This document shows positions 1 to 10,371 of a stretch of 64,000 nucleotides of DNA, in pieces; position 1 is the stretch's first letter; each line of letters begins with the position of its first letter. This DNA comes from Eledone cirrhosa (taxonomy: Eukaryota). The position numbers and the translations under genes are program-made. Location of the stretch: assembly GCA_964016885.1 (NCBI GenBank), contig OZ024745.1, positions 79,112,001-79,176,000 on the forward strand, in the 5' to 3' direction. Below the pieces are notes generated by a model. The model saw nothing but the letters and a program-made list of their open reading frames with translations, was not told where the DNA came from and ran no database searches.

Positions 1-368
1 CTAATTAACCTGGGCTTCGGGCCTGGTCGGCCAAGGCGTAGAGCACCCTTTGCGGGAGCACAGCCCAGGTCTTTGGATGAACTGGCAGCAAATGCCTGAA
101 GATCAACTATGTCTTCTGGTACACCAATGGCAATCACTTTGTGGTTTGCAGATTCAGTGGCATTCTCAATGCGTCTAGGTTCAACATGAGGTACGCGGAG
201 ATTTTTTAACAAGGCACTCCGGTAAGATCCCTCATTGTGGGGTTCTACACGAACGCTTGATTTTATTTCCGCTATTTCTTGGCTTAAAACGGAAATCATT
301 TGCCGTATTTCCTCAAACACCGTATTGACGGTCGGTTTTTGTTGTTGTTCTTCTCCTTCAACAGGCAT
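1..368 (-). mobile_element. LINE ORF1 (CR1/L2-like, RRM-type) N-terminal part, open to the window edge
   Basis: ATG at 368 opens a stop-free frame of 122 codons to base 1: MPVEGEEQQQ...VIAIGVPED...ALRLGRPGPKPRLI. The GVPE...RLGR...PR motifs are typical of CR1/L2 ORF1p. Missing from the ORF track because no stop lies in the window. Confidence 0.7.
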
Positions 369-379
369 GGTAGAAGACA

Positions 380-1260
380 CATGGAATGATATGTCACAAA
401 CTAGGTAGCTTTGGCATAGCTGGAAAACTAGGTGAATGAAAGACAGAAGCCAGACTGTTACAGCCAATGGGGTTCTCTCATAAGAAACGTCAATAACAAG
501 TGGTGTGCCACAGAGAACTGTCTTAGGGTCACTACTGTTTGTGGTGGCTCTCTCAGACATACCCTCTGTAATACTGACAGCCTCCCTCACAAGCTATGCT
601 GATGACATAAAAGTAGCACAGGCAATCAAGATACCAGCAGATTACAAGATTTAGATGCCATATATGAAGACAACAATAAGCAATTTAATGCAGGTAAGTT
701 TCAAGCCCTCCACTATCAACCCACAAACATAGGACCACCACAACAAAGGTACACTGGACAAGGAGGAATTGAAATCCCCGAGTCTGAATCAATACGGGAC
801 CTGGCTATTGACATGAACATTGAGGCATCGTTACACATTACCAAAATGACAGCAATGTGCAGACAACTGGCAAGTTAGGGTCTGAGGACATTCAGAACAA
901 AAGATCCAGAAACCATGTTGGCCCCCTGGAGGACTTTCGTCCTCAGCCAACTGGACTATTGCTCTCAGCTGTGGTCACCCCACAGTGTCAAACTAACTGC
1001 AGAACTTAAAGTAATCCAACGAAGCTACACCAAGAGGATTGCCTCAATGAAAGAGATGAGCTACTGGAAGAGACTGAAAAAACTAAAGCTTTACTCCCCA
1101 GAACGAAGATGGAAGGGATACACAGTGATATAAGTATGGAAGATCCTGGAAGGGTTAGCACCAAACTTTGGCAAGACCAACCCATGAAAGGATGCTACTG
1201 TGTAGTGCCAAAAGTCCCATCCATCGTATTGAGAATAAGGACCACATACTGCGTATAGCA
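380..1260 (+). mobile_element. Decayed CR1-clade LINE reverse transcriptase fragment
   Basis: Translates piecewise to SGVPQ..VLG.LLF, SYADD and LDYCSQLWSP...IQRSYTKRI...KLYSPERR, with stops and frameshifts. Confidence 0.85.
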
Positions 1261-1570
1261 GTTGGTTTCCGCAGCTGATGCTATTCCTAATGCCAACCAC
1301 ATTACAGTGAGGACTGGGTGTTTTTATCATGGTACCAAAATGGTGGATTCGGTGCTTTTTGTCGTGTCATCAACATGACCACTTGACAGAGTGGACAGTG
1401 CTTTTTATCAAGTCACCAGCATGACCACTTTACAGGCTGGACTGGATGCTTTTCCTCATGTCTTCATTATGACCACCTTACAAGAGGGACTGGGTGCCTT
1501 TGTTGTTGTGGCACCAGATCAGCATACAGAGTGAACTTAGTACTTTTTGTCATGTAACCGCATTGTGACA
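1255..1570 (+). repeat. Degenerate ~50-bp tandem units from an abundant retroposon (here called family B)
   Basis: Recurrent units GACTGGGTGCTTTTT..CATGACCACTTTACAG; the same units recur at 17.9-18.1 kb, 19.9-20.1 kb and 45.1 kb. Confidence 0.65.
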
Positions 1571-1729
1571 GATCAGATGTAGAGTGTATCCAACTTTCAT
1601 ACTTGTCTCCATGGGTTAGGCAGGCAAAGTGTATTGGGGTGAGGGTTTGGAGGGAGTTGACAAATAAGTATGTTTGACATCGATAAGGTGCATGGAATAT
1701 TTAGCTGGTGAGGGTTGGGTATAAAAATT

Positions 1730-2730
1730 GGTGAGAGTGAAGAGAAGATTGGTGCAGACTAATGTGTCCTCTACATGTTTGTTTCATTTCATTTTAAGCA
1801 CATGAGAAAGCGGATCTTCTGCAGTACAGCATGACGCCAGAGATCTCAATCCTGTCATCTTTGTGAGGTTTAATTGGACAAGGTCAGCTTTTATCACTTC
1901 ATCCCAAGCTTTCCTAGGTTTTCCTCTTCTGTCGTTTCCATCAACGTTAAGTGCCTTGCATTTTTTTACACAGCTACCAACCTCCATACACATCACATGT
2001 CCAAACCACTGCAATCTCCTCTCCTGTACACTGCATCTGACCCCTCTTATGCCTAGTTTCTCTCTCAATTCATTGATGCTTTGTCATTCATGTACATCTA
2101 TCGGAGCATGCAAGCTTCATTGCTTTCCAATCTTTGTAGGTCCACTGCACATATTGCCCAGGTTTCACTTCAATGCAGCATTGCTGTTCTTACACAAGCT
2201 TCATACAGTCTACCTTTCATTTTAAGGAAAAAACCTTTTGTAGCTCCCTGAACTTTTTCCATCCCATTTTCACTCTAGCTACTATACTTTCAGAACGCCC
2301 ACTTCCACAGCTAATTTGGTCCCCCACATAACAGAAACTAGTTAAGTCAGTAGACCATGTCTTGCACATCCTTCTATGGAGCCCTCTGGACATTTAAAGG
2401 AGCTAATATCCTGTGAGCTCTTGCTACTTACTGCTCCTGTACATCGACCACATACAAAACCTATGCTCTTTGTTAGCCTGCCTTAGATCCAACTACATTT
2501 CTTGTGTACCCTTAGGATGGAATTTCTACCTACCCCTTTCCTACACACTGAGCAAGGCCATTTCCCTGGGGGAATTTGGGCGCTGTTTTCCTTTCTACGA
2601 ACTACCTTCTTTTCAGCATCCGTGAAGGCAAGTACACCATTATCATCTCGGGCACACTTCTCCACAACATCACAATTTTCCCTGACACACTGCCTCGCAA
2701 ACCTAAACATCTCACGCCATTGGTCCTCAT
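1730..2730 (-). mobile_element. Internally deleted RTE-like LINE fragments
   Basis: Minus-strand peptides ERRLQWFGHV...RRGKPRKAWDEVIKADL, WPCSVCRKGVGRNSI and FRFARQCVRENCDVV. Related pieces occur at 16.1-16.7 kb and 55.5-56.0 kb. Confidence 0.8.
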
Positions 2731-2962
2731 TATGTATGTATGTATGTATGTATGTATGTATGTATGTATGTATGTATGTATGTGTATGTGTGTATATGTA
2801 TGTGTGTGTATGTATGTGCGTGTGTGTGTTTGAGTGTGTATATATGTATATAAATATATATGTATGTGTGTGAGTATGTATGAAAACAATGAAATTCAGT
2901 AAAACATAAATAATACGTAATTACGCAAAAATGAAAATGAAAGTACATACATAGATATAAAC

Positions 2963-2995
<33 letters not shown>

Positions 2996-3013
2996 TGTAT
3001 GTATGTATGTATG
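2731..3013. repeat. (TATG)n/(TG)n microsatellites
   Basis: Direct reading of the sequence. Confidence 0.95.
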
Positions 3014-3552
3014 TTCTTCCGCCCTTTGTCAGGTTTTGTTTTTTGTCCAAAATCACCCTCCTCACCAAGTAAACTTGGGGTTGCCGGTTTAGTCGTCGAC
3101 GACCCAACCATGCGATAGGTTGTACTGGGTTACATGTTACCAGTAGCACTTAAGAGTGACTCGACAAAAGGACGGAAGAACTCATAACAGTCAACGGCCA
3201 TCCGAGAGTGTGTAAATATGTATATACACATGTACCGCGCGGTTAAACCACTGAGAGTGAATTACCCCTAGCCTTTGTCAGGGCATTCTTCTAGGAGAAG
3301 GCAACTCAGGAAACTGGGATAACTCCGATATAAAACCTGCGGCTCAGTAGTTACCGATGATGTTGATCTTTTCTTCTTTTCGGGTTATAGCTACTGTCGC
3401 TCAGAGAATGGGATTGGCTCAGTGCACAGTCTTTCCTCACTTAAAAAAATATCTTCACGCACAGGCATTGCACGATAGAATTAATTAATAATGGTATATC
3501 GTGCAATGGCCATACTCGATAACGAGGGGGCAGCTATCATGTATGTATGTAT
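3014..3552 (+). mobile_element. Non-coding, RTE-related non-autonomous retroposon inserted in (TGTA)n
   Basis: GC-richer block flanked by (TGTA)n on both sides; contains GGAGAAGGCAACTC...AAACC, reminiscent of RTE 5'UTRs; ends in a TGTA tail. Confidence 0.45.
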
Positions 3553-4350
3553 CAATGATTACGTGGGATCAGAAGAATTTAACTTACCAAACATTCTCAA
3601 ATGCATGTTGGTCACAGGGTTAAATGATCCGCAAGCTATTAAAAGCACCCTAGTTGGCGACTGCGTTGGTGATATCTCCATGTCTTCTGATATGGACATT
3701 TGAGTAGGTTAGATTTTAAATAAATTAGGCAGCTGGACAGATAGATTGGTCTTCTTTTTATTTATTATTCTTATGGATATTATCGCTTAGATGTATTGAT
3801 ACGATGAAACTGAAGATCGGGTTGGTCATTGATGCGTCGTCACAAGAAGCAAGGGACAAATAAGAGGGAGGGGGTTGACACCCCCACAAATGCCCTGTGT
3901 GTATAAAATGCTTGATCACATCGGTGTATCGGTCAGTCGTTTGGTCGCGGGTTAAACTCATTTAACATATGCTGTCGAACTTACTGTATTGAGAACTGTC
4001 TGTTTCACTTCTAAATTACGAATGTAGTGCGTCACAACAACCGCAACAACCACCCCTACCACTCACATATGCTTAGTGTAGCAACAACATGTAAATTAGT
4101 GCTTGTCTGCTTTTCCTTTAGATTCGATTTATTTTTCTAATTCGTTATTCTTATTGATGTTTTAAAATATGATTATTGTTATTATATTTATTATTTTTCG
4201 TTTGTAGTTATCTTCATTCTAATTCTTATCGGTATTAAGAATGTTTCATACATGTTTACGTACGTACGTATGTAAAATGTAGGTATATATATATATATAT
4301 ATAACCCAAGATTAGTGTGGTTCGTTGATTACTCAACGAATACAATTTTA

Positions 4351-4387
<37 letters not shown>

Positions 4388-4406
4388 CAATAGTAACATA
4401 TACTGG

Positions 4407-4567
4407 TAGTTAAGTTTTGTTGGGTTATACACCCTACCTCATTCAGCCTGTTATATAACAGGCTGAATGAGTTGGGGTGTGTATAACCCAACGAAACTTA
4501 ATTAATTATACTTAACTTGTCCTATGGACTGAGTGCTCTTACCCTTGGATATTTGTAACAAACTTAT

Positions 4568-4575
<8 letters not shown>
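4407..4575 (+). mobile_element. Palindromic Penelope-like remnant with a variant hammerhead core
   Basis: Spacerless inverted repeat centred at 4454/4455 (arms ~48 bp). Contains CTGAATGA-GTTGGG..CCCAAC-GAAAC...GTC and is flanked by (TA)n. Confidence 0.5.
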
Positions 4576-4599
<24 letters not shown>

Positions 4600-4659
4600 C
4601 CAGCGAATTTTCAACCGTCAAGGTTGTTTTCCACGGCTATCTCATTATTTATAAAACAA

Positions 4660-4722
4660 ATTTTATCTGATGAAAGCGCACCAAGACTGCCTTGGTTGCC
4701 CTTGAAATATATATAATAAAAT
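4660..4722 (+). ncRNA. Minimal type I hammerhead ribozyme motif
   Basis: Stem I ATTTTAT/ATAAAAT; CTGATGA at 4667-4673; stem II AAG..ACCAAG-ACTGC-CTTGGT..CTT; GAAA at 4704-4707; palindromic TATATA stem III; UA cleavage site ending at 4715. Confidence 0.75.
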
Positions 4723-4764
4723 AATGATGGTTTTATAAATATAGTTTCCATTTATTAATATATT

Positions 4765-4873
4765 TCAAATCCCGCCGAGGTTAACTTTGCCTTTCATCCT
4801 TACGGGGTCGATAAAATAAAGTACCAGTAATGCACTGGAATAATTGCTGGCCTTGTGCCAAAAGTAGAAACAA
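4765..4873 (+). mobile_element. 5'-truncated tRNA-derived SINE (here called family A)
   Basis: TTCAAATCCCGCCGAGG...GCCTTTCATCCTTACGGGGTCGATAAAATAAAGTACC...AGAAACAAT with an 11-bp TSD. Confidence 0.85.
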
Positions 4874-4972
4874 TTAATATATTGTATATTTACTCCAGTA
4901 AACTGTTGAGTGCTCTATAGCAGTTATAAACTTTTAAGTTTGTTGGAATCCCAACAAATTAAATATAACTTC

Positions 4973-5017
<45 letters not shown>

Positions 5018-5110
5018 CTGTGTGTAATTATATACATATATATATAAGACGTAATAAACAACGCAATATAATTATTTCTACGGAAATTCTTAACACACAT
5101 GTATATAAAG

Positions 5111-5280
5111 TTTAATATAGAAATAGCTTCTACAGGACTAGAACTGTTTCATCCGAAAGAAGTTATCAGACTGAAACAGTTCTAGTCTTGTAGAAGCCAT
5201 TTCTATATTAAATTTGATGTTTACACTACTAATCTATTGAGTACCTTTGTGGTTACCCCTGATTGAACCCAGGACTCATA
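5111..5280. mobile_element. Inverted-repeat Penelope-like remnant with a decayed hammerhead
   Basis: Arms 5111-5151 and 5172-5212. The minus strand reads CTGATAA-CTTCTTTCGGAT-GAAAC-AGTTCTA-GTC, with the core mutated. Confidence 0.5.
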
Positions 5281-5474
5281 CACACACATATACAGTATAT
5301 ATATATACAATATATTGTGTATTCTCTTGGATATATGGTCCTTTCTCTCTATCTCTATATCTCTTAATTTTGAATTATTATAGCTCTGGATAAAGTCTAT
5401 TGAGCTTTTTTATTGCGAAATACAAAAAAAATCGAACATATTTGATATGTTTTGATACCTCATATTTGTATATA

Positions 5475-5699
5475 TCATCATAATCATCGTTACGCCTGAA
5501 CACCTAAAACTAACTTGGACGACGGAGTGTCACACGCACAGCCGCACGTAAAACTAACTCGGAAGACTTAAGGTCCATTTTCCATGCTAGCATGGGTTAG
5601 ACAGGTTGTCTCATTTGAGGCAAGTTGGGTTGGGTGACCATGTCTTATTCATATAGAACTGTTTCTGGCTAAGTTTCTATGGTTGGATGACCGTCCTAA
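5475..5699. mobile_element. Family-B retroposon copy ((CAT)n-CGTTTAAC end), host of the Helitron
   Basis: CATCATAATCATCGTT...TTTTCCATGCTAGCATGGGTTAGACAGG...GGATG. Other copies near 15968, 17900, 34365, 44960, 55240 and 56178. Confidence 0.7.
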
Positions 5700-6486
5700 T
5701 CTATCTTCTATCTATATATATAAAACTGTGGTTGTCTGTCTGTCTATCGATTTTTGGCACACATCTCCTCTTAGAATCTCTCACGGAATTGCACCGAAAT
5801 TGCGAGACTTGTACATTGAGCCCTAGCGAAGACATCGGAAAAAAAAACATTTCAAATTGACCCACCCTATGTGACGAAATCGAATATAATGTATCGATTT
5901 TTGAGCGTAAGTGATCAGTTATTTCCCTTTGTTCTGTTTACATTGAGCGTCTTACGTAAAAAAATTACGCTGGTTTTCTCAGCGTTTAAAATGACATTAA
6001 CACAATACACGAACATTCGAACACTAAGCTTCCGTTTTGCTTCATTTCCATTTAAAAGCATTTTAAAACAATATTTTTACTTGAAAACAAGTCTATTTAA
6101 AGACTACGTAAAACAAGCAAATATTTCAGGCGTGCAGACAGACAGTCGTGCAGAGAGGTGATATAGGCGTGCAGACAGACATAACTGATAATTTGGTTAC
6201 GCTAATGTTTTTCTCTGCGTTGCAGTGTTTACATTTTCGATCTTTGTTAATAAATAACCAGTGCAGTTTTTATCCCCAGCATCCTCTTTTGTTATAACAT
6301 TCGGGTTATCGTTATGTTTTCTTAACTTCATAAGGCATATTGTTGGTTGAGGGAATATTAATCAAAAACACCACATGCAAGTCTGCACAGTAGACACTAC
6401 AGTTTTTAAGCCAAAAAAGAAACTTAACATTGTAACTTTAACACAGCTACTGAGCGACCCCGAGCAACGCCGGGCTTTACTGCTAG
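5700..6486 (+). mobile_element. Complete non-autonomous Helitron (787 bp)
   Basis: Begins TC (5700) after A and ends CTAG (6483-6486) before T. Subterminal hairpin CCCGAGCAACGCCGGG at 6459-6474. No TSD; removing it restores the host CCTAA|TGCTAA. Confidence 0.85.
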
Positions 6487-6489
6487 TGC

Positions 6490-6527
<38 letters not shown>

Positions 6528-6570
6528 CACAATATATTAATAAATGGAAACTATATTTATAAAACCATAA

Positions 6571-6640
6571 TATATTTTATTATATATATTTCAAGAGCGA
6601 CCGAGGTAAATTATGGTGTGCTTTCATCAGATAAAATACA
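6571..6640 (-). ncRNA. Minimal type I hammerhead ribozyme motif (mirror copy)
   Basis: Reverse-complement copy of 6769-6838 in the left palindrome arm; core intact, one stem I pair becomes G-U. Confidence 0.7.
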
Positions 6641-6768
6641 GATTTGTTTTATAAATAAATATTGACATACCCGGAAAAAAGACAACCTCAACAGTTGAAA
6701 TTTGCAAATTTCAACCGTTGAGGTTGTCTTTTTTCCGGGTATATCAATATTTATTTATAAAACAAATC

Positions 6769-6838
6769 TGTATTTTATCTGATGAAAGCACACCATAATT
6801 TACCTCGGTCGCTCTTGAAATATATATAATAAAATACA
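6769..6838 (+). ncRNA. Minimal type I hammerhead ribozyme motif
   Basis: 10-bp stem I TGTATTTTAT/ATAAAATACA; CTGATGA at 6779-6785; GAAA at 6817-6820; TATATA stem III; UA site ending at 6828. Confidence 0.78.
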
Positions 6839-7555
6839 TTATGGTTTTATAAATATAGTTTCCATTTATTAATATATTGTGTATTTACTCCACTAATTTG
6901 TTGAGTGCTTTATATCAGTTATAAAAACTTTTAAGCTTGTTGAATCCCAACAAATTAAATATAACCTCTGCATATATATATATAATTTTATTTTACAAAA
7001 AGAAGTTATACAATGATGGAAATGTGGAAAAAAAAGATTAAAAAAAAAAACCAAAATTAAGTAATGAAAACAAGTGGAAGGAGCAAAGAAGGGCAGACCT
7101 GGCTGTATAGGAAAGTAGAGGAAAGGACTAGGCTTGTTAATGAGTCTATATGTGTGTGTGGGTCTACAAGTTCCAATAGATGAGTTTTCTTTGATGTTTT
7201 TGTGTTTGCGTGTGCATATGTACCCTAGTCTTGTATGTATGTAACCTGCATCAGTTTGGTCCAAAGAACATCTTATCTATCAACTTTCTGATTCCAACTT
7301 CTGCTAGAGAGAGAGAAAAAGTTCTCCAACCCAAGATGATAATAGAGAGAAGGGTGATGGATTGGCAATATTGATAGAGAGTTGGACATGCTTTACGGCA
7401 TAGAATTATGGCCCTTTACATTCAGAGTTCTAATCCATCCGACGTTACCTTTGCCTTTTATCCTTATAGGGTCGATAAAATAAAATACGCATAATGTACT
7501 GGGATCAATTTACTCTTCCCCCAAATTGTTGGCCTTGTGCCTCAATCATAACCAT

Positions 7556-7735
7556 TTGGCAGTATCGGTAGAGGGTCGGACGCCATGCTTTCCAGCATAG
7601 TTACGTCCCTTTACGATCTGAGTTCAAATCCCGCCGAGGTTGACTTTGCCTTTCATCCTTACGGGGGTCGATAAAATAAAGTACCAGTAATGCACTGGAT
7701 AATTGCTGGCCTTGTGCCTAAAGTAGAAACAATTA
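7556..7735 (+). mobile_element. Family-A SINE, near full length (older copy just upstream at ~7360-7550)
   Basis: Box-B GAGTTCAAATCC, conserved core and AAT-rich tail. Confidence 0.9.
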
Positions 7736-8343
7736 TTAAGAGAGAGAAACAAAGAGAGAATGGAATGAGGAAATCAAATTAAGAGGTGGTGGAGGAGGAT
7801 GAGATGTTGCATACTAGAAATTATAATTCGACTAACAGTTGCATTTAGTAATTTTCAGAAAGTATCCAATCAATCACTCTCTATATTGATTTTTCCCCAT
7901 TGGCATAAGGTCTCTAAATGTAGCTAAACATCAAAGCCAGAAGCGTGCTCTTGGTTTCTTGAGATCACAAGGATATTTCAATTCACTATTAAAGAAAATT
8001 CACATCAGTTACGCTGCAAATATTTTTTGCAAAAAAACAAAACAATGCTAGAGCAAGCCAATTTTCATTAGAGAGAGATGAAAGTCAGTGAATCTTGACA
8101 ATGTTTAAACTTACAGGAACATAACATACTTTAGATCGGAGGTTGGCATACAGCTTGCAGCTTCATTTCTGTTGATTGTAACATAGGAGTATCATCAAGA
8201 TCTAAGGATCTTCATTAAGAGGTGGCAAATTGGCAGAGTTGTGAAAACATAGGGTAGAATGCTTTGTGGTATTCGTTGTCTCTCTCTCTGCTCTGACTTC
8301 AAAACCAGCTAAATCAACTTTGCCTTTCAACCTTTCGAGATTT

Positions 8344-8381
<38 letters not shown>

Positions 8382-8954
8382 CCAATCTAGTACTGGGATG
8401 AATTATTCTTCGATACCTTGTCCTTACTGAATTGCAACTTTACTAGACAATGTTGGGAAGGTTATGCTGTCATTTAAATTTTTAACCTTTTTGATACTAA
8501 CCAGCCCAAGCTTTTACACTACAAAACTGTTTATTTTCAAGTGTTTATATTCTAAACACCAACTTAATTCTGAGAGAGTTTGCTAAATCCCTTCAAATTC
8601 TTAATTATTTTCAAAATATTTAAAAAGCATTAGAAATATGGTAACTGTGAATGCAACAATTCCAAACAGGCTGAAGGCTTTAGTAAATGGCAATTTAAGC
8701 TGTTAATAATGCTCCTTTGCACTTAAATTATCTAACACAACATAGATTTAGAGTTGTGCTTTGCTGATGAGTTCATAAGGCCAAAACCTGTATGGAGGTT
8801 TCTCCCCTAATAATATAAGTGTTTTTCTCACCATGTAATTCTAGTTAGCTTTTAATGCACCCTCAATTGAGCATGGTGGCACTAACTTAACTATTTAACA
8901 GTTCTCAAGGAACAAAGAACTATGCAATCTGCACACAAAAACTAAAGTATTAAT

Positions 8955-9134
8955 TGTTTCTACTTTAGGCACAAGGCCAGCAATTACCCAGTGCATTACT
9001 GGTACTTTATTTTATCGACCCCGTAAGGATGAAAGGCAAAGTCAACCTCGGCGGGATTTGAACTCAGATCGTAAAGGGACGTAACTATGCTGGAAAGCAT
9101 GGCGTCCGACCCTCTACCGATACTGCCAATCCAC
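8955..9134 (-). mobile_element. Family-A SINE with a 23-bp TSD
   Basis: TSD CACACAAAAACTAAAGTATTAAT at 8932-8954 and 9135-9157. Confidence 0.92.
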
Positions 9135-9350
9135 CACACAAAAACTAAAGTATTAATGGTAGTGCCTCAGCATAGTCAGTCTTTGGATTGGAACAGGTAA
9201 AAGAATCTACAAGTTGCGCTGAATTAAGACAAATATATTCAACATTTTTAATTTAGTAAAACTTAAACCTGAAATGAAAACGCCTAGCTTTCATCACCCT
9301 TGTTTACTTAGATTATTTAAAGTATATTAATGAAAGTATCAGAAAATATC

Positions 9351-9384
<34 letters not shown>

Positions 9385-9609
9385 ATTTGCTTATTTAAAT
9401 GTTTATATCTTTACTATTGGACAGACCTTTGTGAAAATGTACAGTAACTTTATGAAAAAACTTAAATGCGATGTAGTCATGATGCTCTTTGTATTTTTCA
9501 AGATTTTTTTTTTTTTTGTTACTTCAGGACAATTAACAGTTAAACTACAAGATGTAACATTCAATAATGTTTTTTCCTGGCTATGCATATAACCAACAAC
9601 AAAATACCA

Positions 9610-10340
9610 TTATTAATGTTGGAACATGTTTATTAAGTATAATAAATTACATATTAACATAAAACTTCAAAAAAATTAAATAGTTATGATTTCTACCAAA
9701 ATTACATTCATAGAAAAAAAAACAAAAGTGAAAAAATATTGCAGACATTTTCTGTTAACACAGTTAAAATAAATCTCTTGAAGACACTAGCTTAAAAGGC
9801 AAAAAAAAAAAAAAAAAAAAAAAGTTAATTTCTTCACAAAATGAAGAATTAGTATATTACAGAGGTAAACAAACTTCAAGTTCAAATGGATGGATATTTT
9901 TATATATGTATATACTATAGATCAAAATTTATCAACTCTCAATTATTACATGCTGATTCCTCTATCTAGAATATACCAGAATATTTTTGACTTTAACACC
10001 TAAATTATGTCTGTCAATATTAATTTCTTAGGCACAAGGCTACAACTTTTATAGAATGTGGTAATAGAATTGTATATGGTTTCTGACAGAAATGGTTTAA
10101 GTAAATTAGTTTTAAACATCAATTAAAACCATTGTAATCATGGCTTGCCCGTTTATTCTATGCTCTCCTGTTTTCAATAATATTACTTTTGAAATGGCAC
10201 AAGACTAAGATCTTTTTTTTTTTGCAAATGAAAAAGTATAGCAAATTGAACAACCTTAATATATTACTGGTAAATATATTTCATTCCCAAACTCTAATAA
10301 TAAAAGAAAGGCATCCCAGTAAGATCAAAAGAGATTACAC

Positions 10341-10371
<31 letters not shown>

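Larger units (their letters stand above)
4599..4976 (+). mobile_element. Penelope-like (pLTR-type) non-autonomous element in (TA)n, interrupted by a SINE
   Basis: Homologous to 6705-6972 and to 35393-35650 (minus). SINE insertion flanked by TSD ATTAATATATT (4754-4764 / 4874-4884). Confidence 0.7.
6525..6972 (+). mobile_element. Penelope-like element: 360-bp spacerless palindrome plus unique 3' tail
   Basis: 6525-6704 is the reverse complement of 6705-6884 with ~3 mismatches. The tail 6885-6972 is shared with 4885-4976. Flanked by (TA)n. Confidence 0.8.

Noticed and set aside
3014-3120. HDV-like ribozyme at the 5' end of the RTE-related element
   Set aside because: Hairpins and a TCCTC motif are present, but I could not build the nested double pseudoknot by eye; it needs an RNAMotif or Infernal search.
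2502-3149. ORFs of 85-139 aa rich in YIHT/MYVC
   Set aside because: They are translations of (TATG)n/(TG)n microsatellites.
7600-7640. tRNA gene suggested by the GTTCAAATCC box B
   Set aside because: It is the head of a multi-copy SINE, with no full cloverleaf.
8755-8805. Hammerhead at CTGATGA 8764-8770
   Set aside because: GAAA is replaced by AAAA, stem II is mismatched and there is no stem I partner; at best a decayed relic.
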